The notes: generated by a model from the sequence alone, not told the origin. Shown: positions 12,691-24,702, counted from the whole stretch's first letter. The stretch: DNA of 63,906 nt, filler included, from Octopus bimaculoides (GCF_001194135.2; 9 parts of 8 records of this genome joined end to end with filler, not necessarily neighbours in it); one strand, 5' to 3'. Translations and numbers: made by a program.

Positions 12691-12810
12691 CTGGTTAAAT
12701 GATGTTGCACAAGATCCTTCTTCATCAGAGATATCTTCCTGGGTGCTGTAGGGTTCAATACACTCAGTGTTTTTGGATTTATTCACTCCAAATTCAGAAT
12801 CAAAATTTTT
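12691..12810 (-). CDS. Candidate host coding exon (120 nt, phase 0-0): KNFDSEFGVNKSKNTECIEPYSTQEDISDEEGSCATSFNQ
   Basis: Minus strand ttcttcag| ... cag|gtaatc boundaries enclose exactly 40 codons inside the 213-aa ORF; no protein family recognised. Confidence 0.35.
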
Positions 12811-12975
12811 CTGAAGAATATCCAATGCTTTTAAAAAGCTTACTTTTAACTTGCCGTGAAATTCTTTATGGCTGATATCAGATAAATGGAAAAAAGAATA
12901 TTGAAAGATTTCTGTTTTAAATGTAGTAAATTGTATTTGGAAAGTTTGCATAAACATTTTTGCTGGAAAAAAATT

Positions 12976-15581
12976 GGCTTCAGGATTTTCAGTTGTAGGA
13001 AAGCTCACTAGAAAGGAAATTTTGTCAGAGGAAAGTTCGGTGCTTAGGAAATTTTGCCACAAGACAATTTCACCACAAAAAGATGAATTGCTCCCTTGGC
13101 ATATAGTTGTTTCAACCAACATGTCAATTATACTATTAGAGAAACTAATAAAAAGGGTAAAGTAATTTCTGAACTCATTTACAATTTCTTTATTCATTCA
13201 ACAATATTTTTTTGTGTAGCCAACCCATTACAATGGTCTATCAAGTGGAAACTAGCAGAGGTGGTGTGAAGTTAGTTGATCTTGACTTAGTTTAAAGGAT
13301 AGATAGAAAATGCAGTGAAGAAACATATTGAAAATGTGAAAATAGAGAATGTAAAACAAGAATGCATACTGTACTAGAAAATGATAATTTCTCTATATGT
13401 AAAACATTCGGCGAGCATTACCATCCTACTCATCCTTCAAAACCAAAAGTTTACATAGTAAAAATAAAATTGAAATCACTAGCCACTAATTCACAAACTT
13501 CTGCATGGTTGTTAATTGCAGAAATTTCACCTAGTTAAGATGATAATGCATTGTCACTGATGCCAACATCATTGCATTTATCTTGCAATATTAGAGGTTG
13601 GAGGGAAAAGAAATGCCAAGCTCCCCTGATCCCAACCGGAAGAAGTGGGTATATAACACCTGAAGAATATAGATTTCTTGAAAATGGTGAGAAGTTATAA
13701 TTATATGATCGTGGTGAAGATAATCCAGAGAGAATTTTAGTGTTTGACATACAAGCTGGTTTAGATGATCTTGAGAATAATAAGGATTGGACTTGTGATA
13801 ATACTTTTAAATGCAGCCTAGATACACAGTATCAGTTGTTCACATTGCATATTGTCATACAAAATATTAGCATACCATGTCTTTTTGTTTTTCTACCTAG
13901 TAAATCGTGGAGGCGCAATGGCCCAGTGGTTAGGGCAGCGGACTCACAGTTGGAGGATCGCAGTTTCGATTCCCAGACCAGGCGTTGTGTGTGCTTATGA
14001 GCGAAAACACCTAAAGCTCCATGAGTTTCCGGCAGGGGGTGGTGGCGACCCCCGTTGTACTCTTTCACCCCAACATTTTCTCACTCTTTCTTCCTGTTTC
14101 TGGAGTAAAGCTGTGATGGACTGGCATCCCGTCCAGCTGGCGGGGAACACATACGCTGTAGAAACCAGGTAACCGGGCCCATGAGCCTGGCTAGGCTTTA
14201 AAAGGGCACATAAATAAAAAGAATCTAGTAAATCACAAGTAGCATACAGAAGCCTCTTTAGCACTTTAAAGGGGCTTACACCCATTAGTCAGAAACCATA
14301 ATGGTTGATTTCAAGAAAGCAATTATCAATGCTTTCTGTGATATATTTCCAACAACAAATATAACAGGTTGTCTATTTCATATGGCTAAGAATATCTATC
14401 ATCATATTGTGGATATAGGTTTTAGGTCTCGCTATTAAACAGATGCAGAATCTAACAACAAAATCAAATGCTTCACTGCATTAGCATTTCTTCCAGTGTG
14501 TGATGTTATTGATGGTCTTTTTGAACTAACTGATGATGATGATTTGCCCCAAGAATTTGTATCATATTTTGAAACTCACTATATAAGAGGAGAACAAGGT
14601 TGAAGCAAGTGAAGATGAAGAATGCAGCCAACTTTTCCTATTGAATTGTGTATGATTTCGAAAGAACCCAGAATAATATAATGAGAACAAACAACAGTGT
14701 AGAAGGCTTCCACAATGCAATGCAAAGTTCCATTACTAACATGCACCTAGATTTGTGGAAACCTATTACGTATTTGAAAAAGGAAGAGATATTAGGGAAA
14801 AAGAAAAAGTGTGATTTAGATTGAGGAGTTGCAGTCTTAATGAAGAAAATATATATTGGTATCAATGAAAGACTCCAGTGGAAAATGCTTCATTACAGTC
14901 TAACACAAGAAGCACTTTATTCACAAAGCATTGCTCAGAATTTGCACACATTTTAAATTACTTTTTGTCAATTTTAGAGTTTCAGGTGTTTCTAAATAAA
15001 TTTATACTTTTTTTATTTACTTTCTATTTTTTGACTAGGAAAAAAGACAAGTTAAATCGTGCTTTTGATAATAAAGTCCTATCTATACAAGGCATTTTTT
15101 TCTTCTTTACCAAAGTATATCAATGTTTGGAGCAAAATCAAATGACTCACAAAAGCTGATTCATCACAAATCTATACCTTTGCTCCTTCCTGGGCACTTT
15201 TGGATAATAGTAAAGAGTGTGAGGAAGAGCATAGCAAAGCTATGGTGGGGATGGAGGGAATAAAGCAATCTAAAAGATGGTAATATTTTCAAAAAAAACA
15301 AACAACAAATTCTGCTTAAATAAAAAGTAATACTATATAAATATGATAATATTTACAAAGCACAAAAACAAAACAAAAAAACAGTTACATCTAAAACAGA
15401 ATTATAAAAAACATATACTGTATATATAAAAAGCAATTTTTTTCAGAGTTGCAATTTCTCTAAATCAGATTGCCTGCCATATCTTTGAAATTATCTTACA
15501 GCAAAATTTCCTATACGTCAAAGTTTCCTAAGGCAAGTTTTCCAGTGGCAAAAATGTTTATGGTGAATGTTCCCAGAATCG
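12976..15581 (+). mobile_element. Mutator-like (MULE) DNA transposon, decayed transposase at about 13400-14800, interrupted by a SINE
   Basis: LYDRGEDNPERILVF...WTCDNTFKC...YQLFTLH...PCLFVFLPSKS / MVDFKKAIINAFCDIFPTTNITGCLFHMAKNI...ALAFLP...FVSYFETHY...RTNNSVEGFHN; imperfect TIRs of GGAAAnTTTG subrepeats at about 12976-13070 and 15487-15581; no TSD found. Confidence 0.88.
13907..14224 (+). mobile_element. tRNA-derived SINE (family D) with V-domain-like 3' module and 10-bp TSD
   Basis: A box tggcccagtgg, B box gtttcgattcc; TSD CTAGTAAATC at 13897-13906 and 14225-14234; contains gctgtgatggactggcatcccgtccag. Confidence 0.92.
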
Positions 15582-16319
15582 TTTTAAATAATCAATTATT
15601 TTGATCAGTTCTAATGAGGTCTAATATGACTGAAACTGTCATTCTGACTCTATGACTAAAACTCACCACTGCATTAACCACATTATACTTTATTATTAAT
15701 TGATTTTAAGTAATTGATATTTCATATTTCAGGTTGTTTTCCCTGTTTTTGTTGACCAGAAATTATGAGATTCTTTGTCCTCACCATAGCTGTAATTAAT
15801 TATTAAATTAAAATATCTTAGCTCACTGCATTAAGTATGTCAACACAATCTTATAAAGGATAAACAGAATTGATAAAATATTTCATAATATATTAGTTGG
15901 TCCTGGAGGAATCAAAGACAAAGAAGAAACATTTTAGATATTGATCTCTGACATAGACAGAAAGAAGAAACATTTGACATAGAGCAATTTAAACTTAGAA
16001 TATGAATGAAAGAGAAAAGGCATTTGGTTCAATTCTCTGATGTTTTTTTTTTCATCACTAGTCTTATTGTCTTTGAAGTGGGTTACAGACAGCCAAGTGC
16101 CATTAGATCAAGAAGCTTTATTTGGTGAATCTGTTTGATTTTTAAACATTTTATGTGAATTAGTTGAAACCTATGTCAACCAGGCTAGTTTTTTTTTTTT
16201 AATTTAATTTAATCTAGTTTGAACAGACTGGTTTTAATCAATAACACAATGAATTAATACAGACAAATAAAATATACTTGACAGACGTAAGTCAATAGTT
16301 TACAACTATTTTAGTAAAA

Positions 16320-16537
16320 AATAAAAAGTTTTGAATGGTACAACAATGCACTGTAATAACACTTCCAAAAAAAGAAGCCGTTGGAAAACAGATTATAGCA
16401 GTGACTCTATCTAAGAATATCTGAAGAAGGAATTGTTTTCCGAAATATCATCGGACTATAGATAACTAAATTACAACAGGTATATAGTCCATTTTTTGTA
16501 TTATAGTGCATTGTTGTACCATTCAAAACTTTTTATT
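16320..16537. mobile_element. Short fold-back unit (39-bp arms) enclosing a hammerhead core at 16419-16451 (+)
   Basis: Arms 16320-16358 and 16499-16537 match 38/39; core CUGAAGA-A-GGAA/UUCC-GAA-AUAU-C. Confidence 0.75.
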
Positions 16538-16639
16538 CTTTACAAACAATACACAATGCTTCAAGCGAACTACAATACTCTCCTATTTTAGTAAAGTAAC
16601 AGAATTAAGGTCAATTCATTTGGCTGATCTGTAGTACAT

Positions 16640-16764
16640 CAGCAGTCCCCTGTCTTTTCTGCACCACACGGGCCAGTTTCATGCAAGACAATTTTTCCGT
16701 GAACTGGGAGATCCCATGCATAACAAAACACAATAAAGTGTATAGTACATAATTTAATGGTTAC

Positions 16765-16800
<36 letters not shown>

Positions 16801-16984
16801 NNNNNNNNNNNNNNNNNNNNNNNNNNNNNTATATATAATACATATATAATGCAAAAACATCCTGTAGATTGTGATAGTCAATAAAACAGTAATAAAATTT
16901 ATGAATTTATTCTTTCTGTGTGGCCTGGTCTCAAATGATCCATGACCTGGTACTGGTCTATGGCCTAGTGGTTTGGGATCCCTG
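16640..16984. mobile_element. hAT-Charlie MITE (MER1-like ends) with internal (TA)n and a gap
   Basis: cagcagtcccc...gcaccac...ccagtttcatgcaagacaatttttcc and gacctggtactggtctatggcc...gggatccctg resemble Charlie3/MER1 termini as I recall them. Confidence 0.75.
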
Positions 16985-17221
16985 CTATACACCAAAGATT
17001 CATTGTATTGTGATTCTCAAATGTTTGAGATATTAAAATGGACATGTTATTAGATAAAACAACTCATTATCTCATTCCTAATTATCATCTCTTTAGATTT
17101 TAGTTTGGAACTTTTTACTTTACACTGTTTAACATTACTTTCTCCATATTAGTATGCATAGGATATCTATTACAAAATTTGAACATGTTACATATTGATG
17201 GGATAATTCTTTTCTATACAA

Positions 17222-17468
17222 CCCTGCTGTACTCTTTCACCACAACTTTCTCTCACTCTTACTGCCTGTTTCTGTTGTGCCTGTAATTCAAAGGGTTAGA
17301 CTTGTCACACTGTGTCACGCTGAATATCCCCGAGAACTACGTTAAGGGTACACGTGTCTGTGGAGTGCTCTGCCACTTGCACATTAATTTCATGAGCAGG
17401 CTGTTCCGTTGATCGGATCAACTGGAACCCTCGATGTTATAAGCGGCGGAGTGCCAACAACAACAACA
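17222..17468 (+). mobile_element. 5'-truncated SINE sharing the family D body, with a different (Deu/Nin-like) 3' module and (CAA)n tail
   Basis: 17222-17274 aligns to 14051-14102, then gtgtctgtggagtgctctgccacttgcacattaatttcatgagcaggctgttccgttgatcggatc; domain name from recall. Confidence 0.8.
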
Positions 17469-17800
17469 TATATATATATATGTATATGCATATATATATA
17501 TATACATATGTCAACCTCTAGTTGTCAGACATGGAGACAGCCACATTGTCTATTGTTGTTTAGCTCACTAATGATCAAACCTAAATTGTTCAAGATCATT
17601 TAATTGACTTATACTTGATATTTTTTGTTGAATACATGATTGTCTTGTATTTCAAAACCTGGACAATAAATAAATAAATAAATGAATAAATAAAATATGA
17701 NNNNNNNNNNNNNNNNNNNNNNNNNNNNNNNNNNNNNNNNNNNNTTAATTAATTAANNNNNNNNNNNNNNNNNNNNNNNNNNNNNNNNNNNNNNNNNNNN

Positions 17801-17827
<27 letters not shown>

Positions 17828-17842
<15 letters not shown>

Positions 17843-18010
17843 GTATAGTCGAATATATCAACCCCAGTACTTTATTTTAAAACCTAGTACTTATTCTATT
17901 GATTCCTTTTGCCGACCCGCTTGATAACGGTGACATTAACACACCAACATCGGTTGTCAAGCGGTGGAGTGGGGGACAAACACAGGCACACAAACATAGA
18001 TGTGTATATA
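17828..18010 (-). mobile_element. SINE family A, 3' part
   Basis: ctagtacttattctat...caccaacatcggttgtcaagcgg...gggacaaacacag matches the reverse complement of 38420-38560. Confidence 0.8.
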
Positions 18011-18019
18011 CACATATCT

Positions 18020-18800
18020 TGTTTCGAATTTGTGTGAATGTATATAGAATTTCTTATCAGTTGAAAAAAGGTAAAACATGGTCTGGTTTCAACGTTTTTT
18101 TTTCATTATGGAATTTTAACCAAATTTGCGCTTTCATCCTTAATGTACTCATCAGATTTCAAATATGTTTAACTGACACTTGAGTTTTTGACAGCTTTAG
18201 TACGGCTTAGAACACTTCAACCAGCTGAGTTTTTATAATACCTTTTTTGATTAATCCGTATGCTCTTAAACATCGTGGTTTTCCAGACGTACCGATATTC
18301 TGTTATTTGTTTATATTTATTAATCCACGTCATTAACTGGTTGTTATATTATTACTGTTATTTCCATTCGGAACAGGTTTGAACATTTTAATAAATCGTT
18401 TTTCTTTAATCTTTCTCCCAACCTCATTTGTATCGTATAGTTTGTGGAAAGGAAAAATTAGAAACATTTTCCGTTCACATGTCGCTTATATGTTCGCTCA
18501 ATGGAATTTGGCGAACATTCGGTGTTCTGGATTTGTTGTCTGTGGACTCCTGAGCCTTCCGATAATGCATTTCTTGTCTTGCCTATATATATATATAATT
18601 CCTCGCAATTCAGACATTTAATGCAGTAGATCAAATTTCTGCTTTTGCAGTTCATATCTGCATTTGCGAAAATCTGTCCATTTTTTGTTCTGATGTATTG
18701 ACACGTTCCACGTCTGTTATCGTTCAACTTGGATACTGTGAATGTGTTATCCTGTTTCTTCACGTTGAATTTTGTTAAGGTAAAGACAAGCATGTAAGGC
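18020..18800 (-). mobile_element. Penelope-like element 3' fragment: GIY-YIG endonuclease plus terminal region with degenerate HHR (18120-18162)
   Basis: ORF: TCQYI...MNCKSRNLIYCIKCLNCEELYIYIGKTRNAL...HRQQI; downstream IFPFHKL...KEKRFIKMFKP; ctgatga-gtac-attaa-ggat-gaaagcgc. Confidence 0.85.
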
Positions 18801-18984
18801 AAGTCGCTATACAAAAAATATGAAATACATTTAATTAAGAATGCACATATGTATACATTAAAAAAGTCTTACATAGAACAGAAATGATATCAGGCATTAA
18901 GGTGTTTGAGTAGGGGTTTTATGAGCCCAACAGTTGTTTCTAGGGGGCTTGGTGATTCAAAATAATGCTTATAACTTAATTCCA

Positions 18985-19014
18985 TCCTCGGATAACACCA
19001 GCGTCCGTCTTCAG
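18985..19014 (-). ncRNA. Degenerate hammerhead-like motif
   Basis: Minus strand ctgaaga-c-gga-cgctggtgtta-tcc-gagga; GAAA mutated; followed by a strand-asymmetric purine-rich tract like the PLE 3' region at 3950-4560. Confidence 0.4.
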
Positions 19015-19949
19015 GGAAGAATTTTACATTTGAAGTGTTGGCAGAATGGAGATTAAAGATGGAGTGATTTTGTTGAGAATAAAGTGTATCAGAAATAGGA
19101 GTTGGGGGTGGTTAGATAGAAAGTAGTGGGAGGATAAAATAGATTTGGGGGTTAGGGTTAATAATGAGGTTAGTGATAGTAGTAAGAAGGTGGGAGGAAG
19201 GGTGGTCTAGGTAGTATGTGAAAGATGACCTTTGTGTTAGTTTGTATGAAGGCTATAAAGTTAAAGGTGCAATTCGCTATCAACCCTTACAATTGAGAAA
19301 CAGAAGCAGCCGATCGTCCGTCCTGGCGATGTGCAATTCATTTCGGCTGCTCCACTTTCGAGGAGAAGAAAAATATTGAAGAAGAGGCAAAGTGAAGGTA
19401 ACGCAAGGCCCGGTGACTCCAGCTAAGATCACTGCCTGTCCTACCATGTAACCAATGCTCGCAACTGCTCCATTTCCGGACTTGTCCTTCTGAGCCACGT
19501 CTGGTTTAAGCATCATGGAGGCAGCAGATGAACCAAACTCGGACACGAATGATGCCGACTATATATATATATGTCTGTGTGTGTGTGTGTGTATTTATAT
19601 ATATGTATATATATGTATATATATATATACACATATATACATATATATATATATATACATCTATCTTCTTTCCCAAACTCTCGTGCGCAATCTTTAATCT
19701 GAAGTAACCTGATGCTTTCCTAAAGCTGTTTTTATTTAATACATTCTTCCAGTCGAAATTCGTTTCGTTCTCGGAGTACGGTCTAACTCTTTGATGAAGC
19801 CTTTGTTGTTTTATCGTCTGTTTGGCTAGACATTTTTGTCTCTTTGTACCTGTATGAATGTGTATGTGTATGTGTATGTGCGTGCATGTGAGAATATATG
19901 TATATGATGAGTATGGTTGCTTTTTCTGTGCGTCCATGCACCTAATACA

Positions 19950-20002
<53 letters not shown>

Positions 20003-20084
20003 TCACTCACACACACGCTTCTATTTTTCTCATTTCCTTCCTGAACTTCTCTATCTCTCTTATATATATATACATACATACATA

Positions 20085-20118
20085 GAGAGAGAGATAGAGA
20101 GAGGCAGAAAGAGAGAGG

Positions 20119-20190
<72 letters not shown>

Positions 20191-20355
20191 NNNNNNNNNN
20201 NNNNNNNNNNNNNNNNNNNNNNNNNNNNNNNNNNNNNNNNNNNNNNNNNNNNNNNNNNNNNNNNNNNNNNNNNNNNNNNNNNNNNNNNNNNNNNNNNNNN
20301 NNNNNNNNNNNNNNNNNNNNNNNNNNNNNNNNNNNNNNNNNNNNNNNNNNNNNNN

Positions 20356-20418
<63 letters not shown>

Positions 20419-20480
20419 GAGAGAGAGAAAATGAGATAGATAGATGGATAGATAGATAGATGGATAGATAGATAGATAGA
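20085..20480. repeat. (GA)n/(GATA)n microsatellite spanning a gap
   Basis: Direct read. Confidence 0.95.
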
Positions 20481-20802
20481 TAAATACAAATATAAATCTG
20501 TGTATGCGTATATATAATTACATATATATAATAAATATGTGTGTGTATACGTATATATAATACATACATGCATACGTGCACACACACACACATGCACACA
20601 TATACACACACGCACGCACGCACGCACGCACGCGCATACATACATATTTGCACGTATAAATACCTGCGCGTACGCTATGTGCGCGTGTATCTGCCATATG
20701 TGCGTGTCTTGTGACAAAATCAAAGAAATCAAAAATGATTGAAGCAGACGATAGATGGGTCATAAAACATAACACAACACGCACACATACACACAGACTG
20801 TG

Positions 20803-20833
<31 letters not shown>

Positions 20834-21072
20834 TAGCCTGACNNNNNNNNNNNNNNNNNNNNNNNNNNNNNNNNNNNNNNNNNNNNNNNNNNNNNNNNNN
20901 NNNNNNNNNNNNNNNNNNNNNNNNNNNNNNNNNNNNNNNNNNNNNNNNNNNNNNNNNNNNNNNNNNNNNNNNNNNNNNNNNNNNNNNNNNNNNNNNNNNN
21001 NNNNNNNNNNNNNNNNNNNNNNNNNNNNNNNNNNNNNNNNNNNNNNNNNNNNNNNNNNNNNNNNNNNNNNNN

Positions 21073-21119
<47 letters not shown>

Positions 21120-21427
21120 TATATTTATATATATGCACACCTACATGGCCATTCTTATATACCTGCTTACAGTTAATATACACAAATTGCAAATCAGAAA
21201 ATACATTTACATTTACACACATCAAAACATGAAGGTAAAACAAAAACGCTCAGAGTAAACCGTGTTCTACGTGAGAAATTCCACCAGTATTCGAAATTTC
21301 AAACTTTAGTTAAAATAAATTAATTAAAAAGATCTGTGATTGAGATTGAATAGATCCAGATTGAAATAGATCCTCATAGAATGCAATAACAATGTTGCCT
21401 GAGAGGCACCAGTACAATATGTATCAA

Positions 21428-21875
21428 TGCGACCAGCTGGCAGAGTGGTTAGCACGCCGGGCGAAATGCCTATCGGTATTTTGGCTGCCGTTACGTTCGA
21501 AGTTCAAATTCCACCGAGGTCGACTTTGCCTTTTATCCTTTCGGGGGTCGATTAAATAGGTACCAGTTATGCACTGGGGTCGATGTAATCAACTTAATCC
21601 CTTTGTCCTTGTTTGTCCCCTCTGTGTGTAGCCCCTTGTGGGCAGTAAAGAAATAAGAAACGTTAGCACGCCGGCCGGAATGATTAGCGGTATTTCGTTT
21701 GCCGTTACGTTCTGAGTTCAAATTCCGCCGAGGTCGACTTTGCCTTTCATCCTTTCGGGGGTCGATTAAATAGGTACCAGTTATGCACTGGCGTCGATAT
21801 AATGGACTTAATCCGTTTGTCTGTCCTTGTTTGTCCCCTCTATGTTTAGCCCCTTGTGGGCAATAAAGAAATAAA
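21428..21875 (+). mobile_element. Tandem dimer of SINE family B (second unit lacks the first about 15 nt)
   Basis: Two copies of gttagcacgccgg...ttcaaattcc.ccgaggtcgactttgcctttcatcctttcgggggtcgattaaataggtaccagttatgcactgg...gccccttgtgggc..taaagaaata. Confidence 0.92.
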
Positions 21876-23250
21876 TATGTATGAATGTTTGTATGTCTGT
21901 ATGGTTGTATATGTACGCGTACATGTTTCTATGTGAGCATTGTTGTATGTTGTATGTACAGTTACATGTATGCATCACTATGTATGACGCATGTATGTCT
22001 CTATATTTGGATGTTTGTATATGTACATACCTAATGCATGGTTGTATGCATGTATATATATATATATATATACATATATACATATATATATATATACAAG
22101 TACATATATANNNNNNNNNNNNNNNNNNNNNNNNNNNNNNNNNNNNNNNNNNNNNNNNNNNNNNNNNNNNNNNNNNNNNNNNNNNNNNNNNNNNNNNNNN
22201 NNNNNNNNNNNNNNNNNNNNNNNNNNNNNNNNNNNNNNNNNNNNNNNNNNNNNNNNNNNNNNNNNNNNNNTATATATATATATATATATATATATTCGAA
22301 ACGCGGAGTAGATAAAATAGGGTACAACTGATGAAGGGAATGTTTTTTTTTATGTTGCCTGTCTTGTTTCTCATTCTGTCTCCTTTTTTTTTTATTTTGA
22401 TGTCCTGTATCCATCTATGCATGTATATATACATATATATATGTAGGTATGTACATATATGTATGCATATATGAATATATTTATATATTATTTATATTAT
22501 TATTATATATATGTAAACAGTATTCAGATAATGACTTCTCCCTACCACTAAGACTATAATTTTAACGAATAGAAGTTTTACTGTCTTAATACAACAAATA
22601 TATCAACGTTCGTTTTGCTATCAACAACTCACACACCGGGCGGCCGTAGGTATTTCGGCCACCCACCCACTCCCATAATCATCCCAGCGACGTTTTACTC
22701 GCTTGTAAGAAGAGAAAGTATGTTACAACCCACTTTACTATTAATAGTTCATACAGCAGGCAACCCTAAGCATTTATTCTCCCACTCTCGTCCATCTAGG
22801 AAAATATACATCGCTTAAATAACTTTGTGTTTTTTTGTTTCTTTCTGCGAAGACTATTCCATTAAGGAGGCCTTGTGAACTGATAAAGATCTTAATGGGT
22901 GTTTAATTACCCTATTAAAAGGTCTGTGGACAAAGAAGGTTTCGTACGGCTTGTAGGGCGTGGAGGGCGGTGTTGTTGATGAAGGTGGNNNNNNNNNNNN
23001 NNNNNNNNNNNNNNNNNNNNNNNNNNNNNNNNTTAATTAATTAANNNNNNNNNNNNNNNNNNNNNNNNNNNNNNNNNNNNNNNNNNNNATACAAGAGAGA
23101 GCCATGTAGGTATCATGCTTAACATAAATACATCATTGAAAGGCAAATTTACTGCAATATTTGTCCAGAGATAACATCTCTTATGGACGTGCTGTGTTTA
23201 AAACCACAATAAATATTGAAAGGTGAAAAGGATCATCCTGGCGGTGGTTA

Positions 23251-23289
23251 ACCAGATGCATTTCAGTATTATTGAACTTCGTCAGTGGT
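23251..23289 (-). ncRNA. Minimal type I hammerhead ribozyme with complete core
   Basis: ACCA | CUGACGA | AGU-ucaauaau-ACU | GAA | AUGCAU | C | UGGU. Confidence 0.72.
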
Positions 23290-23419
23290 GTGCAGTCACA
23301 GCTGGTGGCCATGTGCTTAAATGAGGTTTGCTATTTATGAGAGTAAATAAACATTCTGTGGTATTCAAATAGTTGTCTGGCAGAATAAATGCAATATGAA
23401 ATCGTTTATATTTTATTTG

Positions 23420-23811
23420 ATTCAGTCATTAGATTGTGACCATGCTGTGGCAACACCTTGTAGAATTTTTAGTTGAATAAATCAATCTCCGGTTCTTTTT
23501 TTTTTTCACTAAGCCTGGTACTTATTCTACCAGTCTCTTTTGCCAAACTGTTAAGTTACAGGGTCGTAAACATACCAACATCAGTTGTCAAGAAGTGGAA
23601 TGTGTATATGTGTGTGTGTGTGTGTGCGGATGGGAAGAACACAGGCACAAAGACACTCACATATACATATATGTATGTATATATACGACAGGCTTCTTTC
23701 AGTTTCCGTCTACCAAATCCGCTCACAAAGCAGAAGAAATTCGCGCAAGGTACCATGAAGTGGGCCTGAACCTGGAACCAAGTGGTTGGTAAGCAAGCTT
23801 CTTACCACACA
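23420..23811 (-). mobile_element. SINE family A, near full length, diverged
   Basis: Head tggtaagcaagcttcttaccacac, body cttctttcagtttccgtctaccaaatcc and tail cagtcatt...ccatgctg, all in reverse orientation. Confidence 0.88.
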
Positions 23812-24089
23812 TACACACAACAGGCTTCCACACAGTTTCCATCAATCAGATTCAACCACAAAACATTTGTTGGCCCAGGGCTATAGTAGAAGACATGGCA
23901 ATCCTTTGGAGATGGCATATCAAAACAACGCATTTGTTTGGCAATTTCAGAAAAATTGTTGTTTCTTCAATTTTTTTTCCCAGCTAAATTACTTATGTTT
24001 ATGTAACTATATGTACATACACAAATATACATACATGCACGTGAACACATGCATACATATATACACAAATATCCATACATGCACCCACC

Positions 24090-24420
24090 TGACAGGCACC
24101 CGTGCCAGTGGCACGTGGTAGACACCATTCGAGTGTGGTTGTTGCCAGTGTCACTTGACTGGTTCCAGTGCCGCTGGCAAGTAAAAAGCACCATCTGAAT
24201 GTGGTCGTTGCCAGTGCCCACTGACTGGCCCCCGTGCCGGTGGCACGTAAAAAGCACCCACTACACTCTCGAAGTGGTTGGCGTTAGGAAGGGCATCCAG
24301 CTGTAAAAACCGTGCCAGATCAGATTGGAGCCTGGTGCAGCTTCTGGCTTGCCAACCCTCAGTCAAACCGTCCAACCCATGCCAGCATGGAAAGCAGACG
24401 TTAAACGATGGTGATGCACA
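24090..24420 (+). mobile_element. RTE-tail SINE or 5'-truncated RTE 3'UTR
   Basis: High similarity to 53990-54262 (ggcacgtaaaaagcacccactacactctcg...gttaggaagggcatccagctgta...gacgttaaacgatg). Confidence 0.9.
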
Positions 24421-24464
24421 CAAACACATACCTATACTTACCTAAATATACATACATACACACA

Positions 24465-24611
24465 CACTAGCGTAGCTAGGGGGCGCGGTAGGGACGGCAC
24501 TTTCAAAGGGACACCATTTTGGGGTCTGCTATAGGCAATATGTGTTTCTTTTGCCGGGGGCGGCAAACGGAAAGGCCGGCCCGGACGGCACACGCTCTAG
24601 CTACGCTAGTG
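24465..24611. mobile_element. GC-rich MITE with perfect 15-bp TIRs
   Basis: CACTAGCGTAGCTAG (24465-24479) and CTAGCTACGCTAGTG (24597-24611); no TSD evident. Confidence 0.8.
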
Positions 24612-24702
24612 CGTTCACACATACATACAAACACAAAAAATAGATAAGTATAGACGATTCAGCTGAAAAAAAAATTGAAGAGATTATTTTTTTTTTTTTT
24701 GT

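Noticed and set aside
12556-13197. 213-aa minus-strand ORF as a whole gene
   Set aside because: Its 5' half reads through the MULE left TIR; only the 120-nt exon-like part is retained as a candidate
19280-19550. GC-richer island with 88-aa ORF
   Set aside because: No recognisable motif in any frame and no clear splice sites; may be retroelement UTR
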